The translations under genes were made by a program, and so were the position numbers. From Spirochaetota bacterium (GTDB lineage Bacteria; Spirochaetota; Spirochaetia; CADAEX01): a stretch of DNA of 64,000 bases. The stretch lies in NCBI GenBank assembly GCA_009786125.1, contig WQTU01000136.1, forward strand, positions 88-64,087. Reading direction: 5' to 3'. Of the stretch, positions 47,863 through 58,747 are shown piece by piece. Every line of letters starts with the position of its first letter. Position 1 is the first letter of the stretch. The notes under the pieces were generated by a model, which was given only the letters and a program-made list of their open reading frames with translations, did not search any database and was not told where the DNA came from.

Positions 47863-49185
47863 ATGACAGGAAACCCGATATTAGAAGTTTTTAAAATAAA
47901 AGACTTACGTGAAAGAATTATCTTTACTGTTTCTCTTCTGGTTGTATTCAGAATTGGAACAATTATTCCTATCCCAGGGATTAATATCAATGCTCTTAGA
48001 CTCTATTTTTCATCTTTGAGAGAAACTGGCGGCGCGGTTTTAACAGAATATATTGATTTTTTTACAGGCGGCGGATTTTCCAATTTTTCTGTGTTTATGC
48101 TTGGCATTATGCCATATATATCTATGTCTATTATTATGCAGCTTCTTATTCTTGTTTTTCCGAAGTTGAAAAAGATTTCGCAGGCAGAAGGCGGCAAGAA
48201 AAAGATACAGAAATATACAAGATATGGAACAGTAGTTGTGTGTCTTTTGCAGTCTTATGTAGTTACTATATATGCCAGACACATACCTGACGCTATTATG
48301 ATGTCTCACTTGGCATATTCAATTATTGCAATTATTACCGTAACAACAGGAACCATGCTGCTTATGTGGATGGGAGAGCAGATAACGCAAAGAGGTGTTG
48401 GTAACGGGATTTCGCTGATAATCTTCGCAGGGATTGTTGCAAGATTACCCGCAGCTTTTTACCAGCTTTTTTCTATGGTAAGAGCAAGAGAACTTAATGT
48501 TGTATTTGTAATAATAGTTCTTGCAATGTTTGTCGGTGTTATTGCTCTTGTAATATATGAACAGCAAGGGCAGAGAAAAATTCCTGTAAATTATGCAAAA
48601 AGAGTAATTGGCAGAAAAATGTATGGCGGGCAGAATACTTATATTCCATTTAAGATAAATCCATCAGGTGTAATTCCTGTTATCTTTGCATCATCTGTTA
48701 TGGCGTTTCCGCTTCAGATGTTTGGAACTCTTGGGGTACAATATAGGTGGATGTCTGATCTTGCATATTGGTTTAGGCCTACAGGCGCTCTTTATCTTTC
48801 TGTTTATTCGATGTTGATAGTGTTTTTTGCATATTTTTATACTCAGGTTACTCTAAATCCTACAGAGATCACAAAGCAGATAAGGGAAAACGGGGGTTCG
48901 ATACCGGGAATAAGAACAGAAAAAATAGAATCATACCTTACAAGAATATTAAGCAGAATTGTTCTTCCGGGAGCGCTTTTTCTGTCAGCTATAGCAATAA
49001 TGCCTACGATAATACAGATATTATTTGGTTTTCCTGCCGAGCTTTCCATGTTAATGGGCGGCACATCTCTTTTGATTATGGTAGGTGTTGATCTTGACAC
49101 AATGGCGCAGATTGAAGGTCACTTAAAAATGCACCATCGTGATGGTATTGTACGAAAAGGTAAAATAAGATCCAGGAATCTTTAG
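47863..49185 (+). CDS. secY: Preprotein translocase subunit SecY
   Basis: 440 aa, 10-TM pattern. '[15 protein letters not shown]' and '[12 protein letters not shown]'. Confidence 0.97.
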   Translation: MTGNPILEVFKIKDLRERIIFTVSLLVVFRIGTIIPIPGININALRLYFSSLRETGGAVLTEYIDFFTGGGFSNFSVFMLGIMPYISMSIIMQLLILVFPKLKKISQAEGGKKKIQKYTRYGTVVVCLLQSYVVTIYARHIPDAIMMSHLAYSIIAIITVTTGTMLLMWMGEQITQRGVGNGISLIIFAGIVARLPAAFYQLFSMVRARELNVVFVIIVLAMFVGVIALVIYEQQGQRKIPVNYAKRVIGRKMYGGQNTYIPFKINPSGVIPVIFASSVMAFPLQMFGTLGVQYRWMSDLAYWFRPTGALYLSVYSMLIVFFAYFYTQVTLNPTEITKQIRENGGSIPGIRTEKIESYLTRILSRIVLPGALFLSAIAIMPTIIQILFGFPAELSMLMGGTSLLIMVGVDLDTMAQIEGHLKMHHRDGIVRKGKIRSRNL

Positions 49186-49198
49186 GAGTTATAAGACA

Positions 49199-49312
49199 AT
49201 GAAAGTACGGGCTAGTATAAAACCTATGTGTGAAAAGTGTAAAATAATAAAAAGAAGTGGGGTTTTACGAATTATATGTCAGAACCCTAAACATAAGCAG
49301 AGGCAAAGGTAG
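49199..49312 (+). CDS. rpmJ: 50S ribosomal protein L36
   Basis: Hand translation gives [37 protein letters not shown] (37 aa), below the ORF-track cutoff. Confidence 0.95.
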   Translation: MKVRASIKPMCEKCKIIKRSGVLRIICQNPKHKQRQR

Positions 49313-49321
49313 GGGGACTAA

Positions 49322-49687
49322 ATGGCAAGAATTGCGGGTATAGACCTGCCAAATAAAAGTGCAAAAATAGCGTTAACGTATATTTATGGTATAGGCAGGA
49401 CATCGGCATTAAAAATTTGTGAAACAACCGGAGTTGATCCGGATAAGAAAATCAATGATCTGACAGCCGAAGAAGTAAATAGTTTAAGAAAAGAAATAGA
49501 AAATGAATTTAAAGTAGAAGGTCGGTTAAGAACTGAAGTTTCACTTAGCATAAAAAGACTTATGGATATTGGAAGCTATAGAGGGCTTAGGCATAGAAAA
49601 GGGCTGCCTGTAAGGGGACAGCGAACAAAAACAAACGCGAGAACCAGAAAAGGTAAAAAGAAGACTGTAGCTGGTAAGAAGAAGTAA
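49322..49687 (+). CDS. rpsM: 30S ribosomal protein S13
   Basis: '[10 protein letters not shown]' and '[23 protein letters not shown]'. Confidence 0.98.
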   Translation: MARIAGIDLPNKSAKIALTYIYGIGRTSALKICETTGVDPDKKINDLTAEEVNSLRKEIENEFKVEGRLRTEVSLSIKRLMDIGSYRGLRHRKGLPVRGQRTKTNARTRKGKKKTVAGKKK

Positions 49688-49702
49688 TGCTGGAGGTTGT
49701 AA

Positions 49703-50083
49703 TTGGCTAATCTGAAAAAGAAGAAAGAGAAAAAAAGCGTATTTAGTGGCAATGTATATATACAGGCTACGTTTAATAATACAATAGTTACCATTACCGA
49801 CTTAAACGGAAATGCTATCTCATGGGCAAGCGCTGGTGGACTTGCTTTTAAAGGTGCAAAAAAATCCACCCCATATGCTGCTCAGACAACAGCAGAAGCT
49901 GCTATAAAAAAAGCAATGGATATTGGACTTCGGGAAGTAAATGTTTTTGTTAAGGGTCCCGGAGTTGGAAGAGAATCTGCTATAAGGTCTATAGGGGTTC
50001 TTGGAGTAAAGGTTATGAGTATTAAGGATGTTACTCCAATACCTCATAATGGGTGCAGACCAAAGAAAACAAGAAGAGTTTAA
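49703..50083 (+). CDS. rpsK: 30S ribosomal protein S11
   Basis: '[14 protein letters not shown]' and '[14 protein letters not shown]'. Confidence 0.98.
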   Translation: MANLKKKKEKKSVFSGNVYIQATFNNTIVTITDLNGNAISWASAGGLAFKGAKKSTPYAAQTTAEAAIKKAMDIGLREVNVFVKGPGVGRESAIRSIGVLGVKVMSIKDVTPIPHNGCRPKKTRRV

Positions 50084-50101
50084 TAACGAGGTATATATTA
50101 A

Positions 50102-50737
50102 ATGGCAAGATATTTAGGACCAAAATGCAGGCTATGCAGAATAGAAAAGAAAAAACTTCTTCTAAAAGGAGAAAGATGTAATTCTCCAAAATGTGCGATT
50201 ACAAAGAAAAAAAATATGCCTGGCAAGTCTGCAAAATCAAGAGTAGGAAAGATGTCTGACTACGGTCTCCAGCTTAGAGAAAAGCAGAGACTTAAAAGAA
50301 TATATGGTATGCTTGAAAAGCAGTTTAAGCTTACATTTGTTGAAGCAGCAAGAAGACCAGGGAAAACAGGTGAAAACCTTATAAGGCTTCTTGAATCAAG
50401 ACTTGACAATGTTGTCTTTAGAATGAGATTTGCTACTTCCCGCGATCAGGCAAGGCAGCTTGTAAACCATGGTCATGTACTGGTAAATGGAAAAAAAGTA
50501 GATATACCATCATATCTTTTAAAACAGAATGATGTTATAGAAGTAAAAGACAAAAGCAAAAAAATGATCTTGGTTAAAGAAAGCCTTAAAGAATATACAC
50601 GCTCCGGTGTTGTTCCCTGGATTGAAGTTAATCCTGATGAAATGAAAGGTACTTTAAAAGCTGTTCCATTAAGAAGTGAAGTTATTGATCTTACAGATAT
50701 CAACGAGCAGTTAATAGTTGAACTATATTCGAGGTAA
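50102..50737 (+). CDS. rpsD: 30S ribosomal protein S4
   Basis: 'MARYLGPKCRLCR' and an S4 RNA-binding domain ('RLDNVVFRMRFA.SRDQARQLVNHGHVLVNG'). Confidence 0.98.
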   Translation: MARYLGPKCRLCRIEKKKLLLKGERCNSPKCAITKKKNMPGKSAKSRVGKMSDYGLQLREKQRLKRIYGMLEKQFKLTFVEAARRPGKTGENLIRLLESRLDNVVFRMRFATSRDQARQLVNHGHVLVNGKKVDIPSYLLKQNDVIEVKDKSKKMILVKESLKEYTRSGVVPWIEVNPDEMKGTLKAVPLRSEVIDLTDINEQLIVELYSR

Positions 50738-50741
50738 TTAA

Positions 50742-51797
50742 ATGGCGAGAAAAAATCTTTTGAGAGGATTTAAAAGGCCTAAAGGTATTTCATTTGAGCA
50801 AAGTGAAACTTCCAAAAACTATGGGAAATTTGTTGCTTATCCATTTGAAAGAGGCTTTGGTACAACTATTGGAAATACTTTGCGCAGAATCCTTCTTTCC
50901 TCATTACAGGGTTATGCAATAACTGCTGTAAAAATTACAAGTTATGATAGTGACGGGAATCCGCACCAAATATCCAGTGAATTTGAATCAATACCTGGTG
51001 TTGTGGAAGATACTCCGGAGATTATCAACAACTTGAAACAACTTAAAATTAAGCTTGAAGATGATCTTGAACAAAAAATAATTTTTCTTGAAAACAAAAA
51101 AGAAGGAGAGCTTCTTGCCAAAGACTTTGAAGTAGACACACAAATAACTGTTTCCAATAGTAATTTTAAAGTTGCTACACTAATGAATGATGCAAATATT
51201 GATATTGAACTTCAAATTGATCTCGGAAGAGGTTATATACCCGCTGAGGCAAATGAGAAATATATTGATATTATAGGAACAATTCCAATAGATGCAATAT
51301 TTTCTCCTATAAGTCGCGTAAAATACTCAATTGAAAATACCAGAGTTGGCTATAGAAATGATTATGATAAACTTATTCTTGAGGTCTGGACCGATGGTAC
51401 AATAACTCCGGAAGATGCAATTGCAGAAGCTGCAAAAATTGCAAAAGATCACTTTACAATCTTTATTAATTTTGATGAAGATATGGTAAGCGGAGAAGAT
51501 GATATTGATGAAGAAGAGGAAAGGATAAGAAAAATTCTTGAAACCCCGGTAGATGAGCTTGAACTTTCCGTCAGATCAAGTAATTGTCTTAAGAATGCCA
51601 ATATCAGGTCTATCGGAGAACTTACTTCAAAAACCGAAGATGATATTGCAAAAACAAGAAATTTTGGAAAAAAATCTCTGCAAGAGATAAAAGAAAAGCT
51701 TAAGGAATGGGGTCTTGAGCTTGGTATGATTGATTACAGTTCATTAAGGCTTAAACCAACCCCGCTTAGCCAGAAGGAAGACGAAGATGAAGCATAA
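50742..51797 (+). CDS. rpoA: DNA-directed RNA polymerase subunit alpha
   Basis: '[15 protein letters not shown]' and the C-terminal domain '[19 protein letters not shown]'. Confidence 0.97.
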   Translation: MARKNLLRGFKRPKGISFEQSETSKNYGKFVAYPFERGFGTTIGNTLRRILLSSLQGYAITAVKITSYDSDGNPHQISSEFESIPGVVEDTPEIINNLKQLKIKLEDDLEQKIIFLENKKEGELLAKDFEVDTQITVSNSNFKVATLMNDANIDIELQIDLGRGYIPAEANEKYIDIIGTIPIDAIFSPISRVKYSIENTRVGYRNDYDKLILEVWTDGTITPEDAIAEAAKIAKDHFTIFINFDEDMVSGEDDIDEEEERIRKILETPVDELELSVRSSNCLKNANIRSIGELTSKTEDDIAKTRNFGKKSLQEIKEKLKEWGLELGMIDYSSLRLKPTPLSQKEDEDEA

Positions 51798-52206
51798 AAT
51801 TGGTTTTAATAGATTAGGTAGAAAATACAGCCATAGAAAAGCTATGACCAGAAATATGGTTACATCTGTATTTAAATATGAAAGAATTAAAACAACAAAA
51901 GCAAAAGCTCTTGAAATTCGCAAAAAAGCAGAAAAAATGATTACACGAGCAAAAGTTGATTCTGTTCATAACAGAAGAATTATTGCAAAAGATATAACAG
52001 ATAAAGCTGTTCTTGCAAAGCTTTTTACAGATATAGCTCCAAGATTTAGTAAAAGAAACGGCGGTTATACAAGAATTTTGAAGCTTGGAAGAAGAGTTGG
52101 GGATGCGGCAGAAATAGTTTTTCTCGAACTCGTAGAAAGAAAAGAGAAAGAATCCAGGAAAAAGAAAAAAGAAGGCAAAGAAAAAACAGAAGTTGCTACC
52201 AAATAG
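51787..52206 (+). CDS. rplQ: 50S ribosomal protein L17
   Basis: '[15 protein letters not shown]' and '[13 protein letters not shown]'. Confidence 0.97.
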   Translation: MKHKIGFNRLGRKYSHRKAMTRNMVTSVFKYERIKTTKAKALEIRKKAEKMITRAKVDSVHNRRIIAKDITDKAVLAKLFTDIAPRFSKRNGGYTRILKLGRRVGDAAEIVFLELVERKEKESRKKKKEGKEKTEVATK

Positions 52207-52215
52207 AGTTTATTT

Positions 52216-52282
52216 GCCGACGAAGCGAGGGATGTGTTAAACAAAAGGTTGCGAAAAAAGGTTACGAAGCATACCTTTTATA
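52216..52282. repeat. Short variant of the GC-rich repeat element (E8) after rplQ
   Basis: It keeps the 5' end GCCGACGAAGCGAGGG, the middle TAAACAAAAGGTTGCG and the 3' end CATACCTTTTAT of the 25510-25676 element. Most of the interior is missing. Confidence 0.75.
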
Positions 52283-52284
52283 TA

Positions 52285-52318
52285 TAAAAAAAGAGAGGTA
52301 AATACCTCTCTTTTTTTT
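52285..52318 (+). terminator. Rho-independent terminator of the ribosomal superoperon
   Basis: AGAGAGGT-AAAT-ACCTCTCT hairpin flanked by an A-run and T8. Confidence 0.8.
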
Positions 52319-52453
52319 GCTGATTTGCCGATAATTAATCAGTGTTATTTGCTGACTCCGGCTTTTGCCGGGATAAACTACTCCGCGAGAGTCGCAGGTA
52401 GTCATAGGTTAAAGACATCAATGGGTGTTTACAAGGAGATAAATAACCATTAA

Positions 52454-55366
52454 ATGACAATTATAAAAAAAGCTGCAATAAGTTTAGTTATTACTCTGAT
52501 CGTATTCTCAGCTTTCACAATAATATCTTTTTTTACTCTCTTTGATCTTATAGAATCAAGATTCTATAACAAAAAAGTGCTTACCGAAGTAGAAAACAGA
52601 ATTGAAAACATCATAATTGGGATAGAAGAATATAAAAATGATCGCATTGAAATACTTACTGCAGTTTCAAATGAAGCAGCCATAAGAAACAGTTTTCTTA
52701 TAAATCAAAGCAGAGAAGACATCTTTCAGAGAGAAAATATAATAAAATCCTTGATTGAGCGAAGAGTGGATTTTGATTTTATCAGAGTTATTGATGATGC
52801 CGGGAGAATCCACTACAGCAGCAATCCTATTGACCTGCAATCTGCTGACCCCACAAGAATATCTTATAGAATACTGGATGCGCAGTCTATTGAAAGATAT
52901 AGAGAAATTATCGAGCGCGCAGGTGATATCCCGGCCATTTTTTTTGACATTCAAGACCACAATCTGTTTGTAGCTTCTGTTTACAGCCATATAGGAATAA
53001 GAAGAGGCACAATTTTAGTATATCTTGCACCAAATGATTTAAGAAGTTTTCTTGCCCGAAAAAATGTTATTGAAAGAAATATTGTTATAAGGTATTTGGC
53101 TCATAATAAAATTGTTTTTAATATACTTGATGGCAACATCTCTATTCTGGAAGAACTAAAAGCTTATTGGACAGCCGGAGAAATAAGAAACCCTCATAAT
53201 CTCTATTCTGATGCTGCCGGAACTGCCTTTTCTGTTGTTACAAAAAGATGGGGCGATGGCTTTATAGGATATGTTATCCCCGATCATCTTATAAAAATTA
53301 ATGCTATTTATAAATATATTCTTCTCTTTTCGGTATTTTCAATTACATTTATACTTTCTTTCCTGCTGATGAATATAAGGCAGGATCAGGTAGTTGTTAT
53401 AGCTGACAGGGTAAAACGATTCCAGATAAATTTTCTTATTGAATATCTTGAAAATAAAAGCGAAGTCGAATGGAGAGTATGGAAAAAAGAACTGGAAAGC
53501 CGCAAAGAAGAATTACGCAGGGAATTTAAGAAAGGTATAAGAAGATTAGACGAAGATAAAGATAAGATTGTAAATGATCTTGTTGATAAAAGCTGGGACG
53601 AGATAATAAGCCTTCTCGCAGGACATCTGGAAAAAAAATCTGAAAGTAAAAATTTAGTTACAAATCTCCAGGTTGATAATATTGAAGAAATAATCAGAAA
53701 AATTATTGCAAGTGAAAATAATATACGAAGAAAAGATATCAATACTGTTTCAAGCCCGCAAGTTGTTGCACAAGTTGCCGAGGTCGCAGGCGCGGATGCG
53801 GAAGAAGAACTTGAGGAAATAGAGGAAGCGGATGAGGTCGCAGACGCGGTTGAGGAAGCAGAGGAACTCGAAGACGCGGACTTAGAAGAAATAGAGGAAG
53901 CGGAAGCGGTCGAAGTCGCAGTAGAAGAAGAGCTGGAAAGAATCGAAGAAGCTGCAAAAGTTTCAGTTAGGGAAGCAGACAAAGAATCTGCAACAGCAGA
54001 ACCTTTATTGGATGAAAATAAAAAATTCGAAGAGCTTATAACTACTTATAAAGATTATGGCGAAGAAATTGCAAACGCAAAAGAAATTCAAAATACTGTT
54101 GAAGAAATTGAAAGGACTATTGTTCCAATTACCGATGACCAAGATGAAGCAGATCTGAAAAAACTTACATCATTCAGAGATGGATTAGAAAACGATGATA
54201 CAAACATTCCTGAATTAATAGAAGAAGAACTTCTGGACGAAGAAGATATGGCAGATCTCGAAGATCTTGACATTGAAGAAGCAGAAATGCTGGAAGAAAA
54301 ATCAGTATATGAAAAAGTACCTAAAAAATATGTTTCTGAAACTGAAAAAATAGAAAACCTTGAAACAATAGGGGATTTTAAACCACTTGTTATAGACAGT
54401 GAATTCGAAGAGCTTGAAGTTCTTGAAAAAACTGAAGCAGATGAAGATGATGACGATAAAGCCAGAATAGTAGAATACATAAGAAATGACATAGTTGGTG
54501 TATATAAGCCGAATTATATGCCTGATTTTTTTTATTCCAGGAAAAAAACAGAAAAAAAAGAAGAAGATTTTGCAGGCGAAATTTCAGAGGAAAAAATCGA
54601 AACTTGCGGCAGCCCTAAAGCATCTTCTGCAAAACATCTTGAAACATTAAAAAAAGAAGGGCTTCTGGAAATATGGACAATAAAAGATGTTATTAAAATA
54701 ATAGAAGAAAAAAAAGAATCTCCTGTAATAGAAAAAGATGGAATTCTTAAAATAAGTGAAAATCTGTATAACGATGGCAATACTTCAAAAAATGCTGACG
54801 AAGATAACGAAATAGGTATTTCAGATATCTTTTTTGATGATGCAATAGATTTACCTGTCTTTTCAGATGCATCTGCAGATGCTCCTGTTGCTGACGAAAA
54901 ATATGCTGATATAAAAATTAGTGAAGAATATGGTTTCTATGCTGATATTTTCTATGATCACAATGAAAATAACCCTATTGAAATTATAAAAATTTTATTT
55001 GAAATAACAAAAAAAATGGGTTCTTCTTTCGGTGTTATATTAGTACAAAATGATAAAAAGTATTATCCGGAAGTATCTGTAGGGCTTTTTAACAAAGATT
55101 ACCCGGAACTACTTAGGATAAATAAAGATTCTTATCTTTTTAGAGAATTTCTTGCAGAGAGAAAAATTTTCTTTATAAAGACCGATATTACTGAACTAGA
55201 AGAGCTTAATACCAAATTTTCACCGAATGATCTTAAAAAAATCAATGGTCTTCTGTTTGCTCCAATGAGATATAAAGGAAAGCAAGCCTATTTTGTGGCT
55301 GCCCCGGACGCAAAAGACTTCTATCTGGATAGCGTTATACTAAAAGTTAAAAATTTCCAAAAATGA
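52454..55366 (+). CDS. Large membrane-anchored acidic protein: TM, extracytoplasmic domain, TM, Glu/Asp-rich region, and possible GAF-like C-terminus
   Basis: 970 aa. TM segments near aa 8-30 and ~285-305. Extreme acidic low-complexity region aa ~435-700. The C-terminal ~170 aa looks globular, and the GAF-like guess is weak. Confidence 0.75.
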   Translation: MTIIKKAAISLVITLIVFSAFTIISFFTLFDLIESRFYNKKVLTEVENRIENIIIGIEEYKNDRIEILTAVSNEAAIRNSFLINQSREDIFQRENIIKSLIERRVDFDFIRVIDDAGRIHYSSNPIDLQSADPTRISYRILDAQSIERYREIIERAGDIPAIFFDIQDHNLFVASVYSHIGIRRGTILVYLAPNDLRSFLARKNVIERNIVIRYLAHNKIVFNILDGNISILEELKAYWTAGEIRNPHNLYSDAAGTAFSVVTKRWGDGFIGYVIPDHLIKINAIYKYILLFSVFSITFILSFLLMNIRQDQVVVIADRVKRFQINFLIEYLENKSEVEWRVWKKELESRKEELRREFKKGIRRLDEDKDKIVNDLVDKSWDEIISLLAGHLEKKSESKNLVTNLQVDNIEEIIRKIIASENNIRRKDINTVSSPQVVAQVAEVAGADAEEELEEIEEADEVADAVEEAEELEDADLEEIEEAEAVEVAVEEELERIEEAAKVSVREADKESATAEPLLDENKKFEELITTYKDYGEEIANAKEIQNTVEEIERTIVPITDDQDEADLKKLTSFRDGLENDDTNIPELIEEELLDEEDMADLEDLDIEEAEMLEEKSVYEKVPKKYVSETEKIENLETIGDFKPLVIDSEFEELEVLEKTEADEDDDDKARIVEYIRNDIVGVYKPNYMPDFFYSRKKTEKKEEDFAGEISEEKIETCGSPKASSAKHLETLKKEGLLEIWTIKDVIKIIEEKKESPVIEKDGILKISENLYNDGNTSKNADEDNEIGISDIFFDDAIDLPVFSDASADAPVADEKYADIKISEEYGFYADIFYDHNENNPIEIIKILFEITKKMGSSFGVILVQNDKKYYPEVSVGLFNKDYPELLRINKDSYLFREFLAERKIFFIKTDITELEELNTKFSPNDLKKINGLLFAPMRYKGKQAYFVAAPDAKDFYLDSVILKVKNFQK
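53775..53950 (+). repeat. Imperfect tandem coding repeats (period ~72 nt) encoding EEIEEA(D/E)-type acidic units
   Basis: GAGGAAATAGAGGAAGCGGATGAGGTCGCAGACGCGG (53813-53849) versus GAAGAAATAGAGGAAGCGGAAGCGGTCGAAGTCGCAG (53885-53921). Confidence 0.7.
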
Positions 55367-55526
55367 TATTTTTTTAGAATAATTCGCCGAAAATCCATGA
55401 CTTAAAAGCAAAGAATATGATAAAATTACTATTCTCTTATGAAAATTACTCATGTAAGGATTACGTATTGACATCTTTCATAAAAAATAGGTACTATTTT
55501 TATGAAAGATAAAATGGAGGAAGATT

Positions 55527-57056
55527 ATGCAAATTATTTTATATCTCATTCTTCCTCTCATTGGTTTGATATTAGGTTGGATAATTAGGTGGCTATATGC
55601 AAGAGTTCAGCTATCATCATCTGAGCAGAAAGCTGAGCGTATAAAACAAGAAGCTGTTAAAGAGGCTGAGGCGAAAAAAAAGGAGCTGGTTTTAGAGACA
55701 AAAGATCAGCTTCTTAAGGAGAGAAATCAGCAGGAAAAGGAATTTAGGGAAAGAAGAAGCGAATTACAGCGTTTTGAGAGAAGATTGCTTCAAAAAGAAG
55801 ATAATCTCGATAGTAAAATAGCTCTGTTAGAGAAACAAACACAGGCAGTTTCAGACCGTGAGAGTGGTATAGAGAAAAAAGAAGTTATACTAGGTGAACA
55901 GAAGAAAGAATGGCAGAGAAAACTGGAAGAAGTTTCGGGCTTATCTGTTGCAGATGCAAAAAAGCTTATAATTGAATCGCTTGAAAGCGAAGCAAAGCAT
56001 GATGCACAGACGCTTTTGAATAAAATTGAGCAGGAAGCACAGTTTGCCGCAGAAAAGAAAGCAAGAGAGATACTGGTTGCAATTATTCAGAGAATAGCAA
56101 CAGATGTAAGTTCAGAAGTAACAATAGCATCTGTAAACCTTCCAAATGATGAGATGAAAGGAAGGATTATAGGGCGCGAAGGTAGAAATATAAGAACGCT
56201 TGAAACCCTTACAGGCGTAGATATTATTATAGATGATACTCCCGAAGCAGTTGTTATATCCTGTTTTGACCCTGTTAAAAAGGAAATTGCAAAAATAGCC
56301 CTTGAAAGGCTGATAATTGACGGAAGAATACATCCGGCAAGAATAGAAGAAATTGTTCAAAAAGTAAAAAAAGAGATAAATCAGACTATTTTTGAAGAAG
56401 GTGAAAAAGTTCTGTTTGATCTTGGAATTCATAATATGAGTCCCGAAGGAATAAGAAGCCTTGGCAGGCTCCACTTTAGAACAAGTTATGGGCAAAATGT
56501 ACTGCAACATTCAAAAGAGGTTGCTATAATTGCAAGCCTTATTGCATCGGAAGTTGGCGCCAACAAAGCAATTACAAGAAGAGCAGCGCTGCTTCATGAT
56601 ATTGGCAAAGGGATTGAGACAAACGGCGACGGCAACCATGCGGAGCTTGGCATGGAAGCAGCTAAAAAGCTTGGGGAAGATGCAAGAATTATAAATGCAA
56701 TTGGTTCCCATCACAGCGATATTGAGCCTTCATGTATTGAATCAATAATTGTGCAGATTGCAGACGCAATATCTGCTGCACGGCCGGGTGCAAGACGCGA
56801 AACAATTGATAATTACATAAAGCGGCTTGAAAATCTCGAAAAAATTGCAGTTGATTTTCCGGGAGTTGACAAAGCTTATGCTATACAGGCAGGCAGGGAG
56901 TTAAGAATCATTGTAAACAATGAGGCTGTAAACGACGAACAGGCATCTGAATTGTGCAAAGCTATTGCAAAGAAAATTGAATCAGAATTGCGTTATCCCG
57001 GCAGGATAAGAGTTACGATTATAAGAGAAACACGTATTGTAGAGTATGCACGATAA
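55527..57056 (+). CDS. rny: Ribonuclease Y
   Basis: N-terminal TM, coiled coil, KH ('GRIIGREGRNIR'), and HD domain ('LLHDIGK'). Confidence 0.95.
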   Translation: MQIILYLILPLIGLILGWIIRWLYARVQLSSSEQKAERIKQEAVKEAEAKKKELVLETKDQLLKERNQQEKEFRERRSELQRFERRLLQKEDNLDSKIALLEKQTQAVSDRESGIEKKEVILGEQKKEWQRKLEEVSGLSVADAKKLIIESLESEAKHDAQTLLNKIEQEAQFAAEKKAREILVAIIQRIATDVSSEVTIASVNLPNDEMKGRIIGREGRNIRTLETLTGVDIIIDDTPEAVVISCFDPVKKEIAKIALERLIIDGRIHPARIEEIVQKVKKEINQTIFEEGEKVLFDLGIHNMSPEGIRSLGRLHFRTSYGQNVLQHSKEVAIIASLIASEVGANKAITRRAALLHDIGKGIETNGDGNHAELGMEAAKKLGEDARIINAIGSHHSDIEPSCIESIIVQIADAISAARPGARRETIDNYIKRLENLEKIAVDFPGVDKAYAIQAGRELRIIVNNEAVNDEQASELCKAIAKKIESELRYPGRIRVTIIRETRIVEYAR

Positions 57057-57852
57057 TAAATTTAAAGTTCTGCTGCTCGGCGATGTCTATGGACAAGCTG
57101 GGTGCAGAGCTCTTTTTTTCAATCTAAAAAGTCTAATTAAAAAGAAAAAAGCAGACCTCGTAATAATTAACGGAGAAAATGCTGCAGATGGTTTGGGGAT
57201 TAATTCCAAAACTATGGAGCAGCTTATGCAAAGTGGCGGAGATGTTATTACCACAGGCAACCATGTGTGGCAAAAGCCCGAAGGCGTACAGCTCTTAAAA
57301 GAAACTCCGCATCTGCTGCGGCCTGCAAATTACCCAGACTTTCCCGAAAGTGCTCCGGGAAGCGGAGTTTTTATTATTGAGAAATCAGGGGTTAAGGCTG
57401 CTGTTATAAACCTTGAAGGCCGGGAAAGTATGTCAAACCTTGACTGTCCTTTTAGAAGTGTTACAGAAATTATAAAAAAAATAAAAAAAGATAAATCTGT
57501 GAATATAATTATTATAGATTTTCATGCAGAATCTGCGATGGAAAAAGAAGCGCTTGCACTGTTTCTTGATGGACAGGTAAGTCTTCTGGTTGGTACGCAC
57601 ACCCATGTTCAAACTGCGGATGAAAAAATATTGCCCAAAGGCACAGGTTATATAACAGATGTTGGCATGACAGGTCCGGAAGATTCGGTTATAGGAAGTG
57701 AAAAAAACACAGCATTAGAAAAATTCTTAACACAAATGCCTCTAAAAATGGAAATAGCAGAGACGCCCCTTATGATTAATGGCGTGTTTGCGGAAATAGA
57801 TACAGAAACAGGGAAAACCATTTCAATAGAGCGGATTTATGAAAGAGTATGA
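57046..57852 (+). CDS. ymdB: YmdB-family metallophosphoesterase (TIGR00282)
   Basis: 'KVLLLGDVYGQAG', 'INGENAADGLGI', 'TTGNHVW', 'DFHAE'. Conserved pairing downstream of rny. Confidence 0.9.
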   Translation: MHDNKFKVLLLGDVYGQAGCRALFFNLKSLIKKKKADLVIINGENAADGLGINSKTMEQLMQSGGDVITTGNHVWQKPEGVQLLKETPHLLRPANYPDFPESAPGSGVFIIEKSGVKAAVINLEGRESMSNLDCPFRSVTEIIKKIKKDKSVNIIIIDFHAESAMEKEALALFLDGQVSLLVGTHTHVQTADEKILPKGTGYITDVGMTGPEDSVIGSEKNTALEKFLTQMPLKMEIAETPLMINGVFAEIDTETGKTISIERIYERV

Positions 57853-58616
57853 GCGCTACTTCTTTACTTGCCTTGCTTAATAAGACATTTGGCAGCGATA
57901 AAAAAGAAGAAAACTATGCGCTTATTCTTTGCGGCAATGTATTTGTAAATGGCGAAAAAATTAAAAATCCCGCAGAAAAAGTCGATAAAAACTCCAAAAT
58001 TACGATAAATAAGAAAAAATATGTCTCACGAGGCGGTTTTAAACTTGAATACGCGCTTGATTTTTGGAAAATTCCAATAGAAGGAAAAATACTTATTGAT
58101 GCAGGCAGCTCTACAGGCGGTTTTACAGACTGTCTTCTTAAAAGAGGCGCACAATTTGTCCATTCTGTTGATGTTGGTTATAATCAGATAGATTATTTAC
58201 TAAGAAATAATAAAAGAGTAATTCTTCATGAAAAAACAAATATCATGGATATAGAATCTCTTTTGCCGCCTGCTGATATAGGTGTAGCTGATCTTTCTTT
58301 TCGCTCAATAACAAATGCTGCTTCAAAAATTCTTGATTTAACCAAGGAAAAAAAGCTAATTGCCTTGATAAAACCACAGTTTGAAACAGAAAAATCTAAT
58401 CTTGAAAAAGGAGTTCTAGAAAGCTCTTTGGCACTTGGAGAAACACTTTTTGCAGTAATAGATAAGTTATTTAATGAAAAATCTTATGTTTGGGACCTTG
58501 TTCAATCGCCTATAAAAGGCACAAAAGGCAACCGCGAATTCTTTTTTTTAATAACAAGAGAAGAGACTGAAAAAAGTAAAATTAAGGAAAAACTGGCGCT
58601 CCTACTGCCGGATTAG
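57849..58616 (+). CDS. tlyA: TlyA-family rRNA 2'-O-methyltransferase (hemolysin A-like)
   Basis: S4-like N-terminus. 'YVSRGGFKLEYAL' and SAM motif 'DAGSSTGGFTDCLL'. Confidence 0.9.
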   Translation: MSATSLLALLNKTFGSDKKEENYALILCGNVFVNGEKIKNPAEKVDKNSKITINKKKYVSRGGFKLEYALDFWKIPIEGKILIDAGSSTGGFTDCLLKRGAQFVHSVDVGYNQIDYLLRNNKRVILHEKTNIMDIESLLPPADIGVADLSFRSITNAASKILDLTKEKKLIALIKPQFETEKSNLEKGVLESSLALGETLFAVIDKLFNEKSYVWDLVQSPIKGTKGNREFFFLITREETEKSKIKEKLALLLPD

Positions 58617-58623
58617 ACCCTAA

Positions 58624-58650
58624 AAACATACCATTGGTATATTTTTGGCA
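58624..58650. terminator. AT-rich hairpin after tlyA (AAAAACATACCA-T-TGGTATATTTTT, one mismatch)
   Basis: Read from the sequence between the convergent tlyA and metH genes. Weak because the stem is AT-rich. Confidence 0.3.
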
Positions 58651-58747
58651 AGGGTCCTCGACTGTTATCTATGGTGTACGCACAATCCCTAGACATGCTA
58701 CTTGGATAATAGCCGTGTGAGGCTACATGTTATTCCGCTGCCGCAGA

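Noticed and set aside
28264-52000. Numerous 60-190-aa ORFs antisense to or out of frame with rpoB, rpoC, tuf, the r-protein genes and secY in the ORF track
   Set aside because: They are shadow ORFs inside strongly supported conserved genes, mostly Lys/Phe/Ile-rich from AT-rich antisense codons. None has independent support.
58617-58747. 130-nt moderately GC-rich spacer between the convergent tlyA and metH genes as a candidate small RNA
   Set aside because: It has only short hairpins, no promoter or terminator pair, and no recognisable family. The evidence is insufficient.
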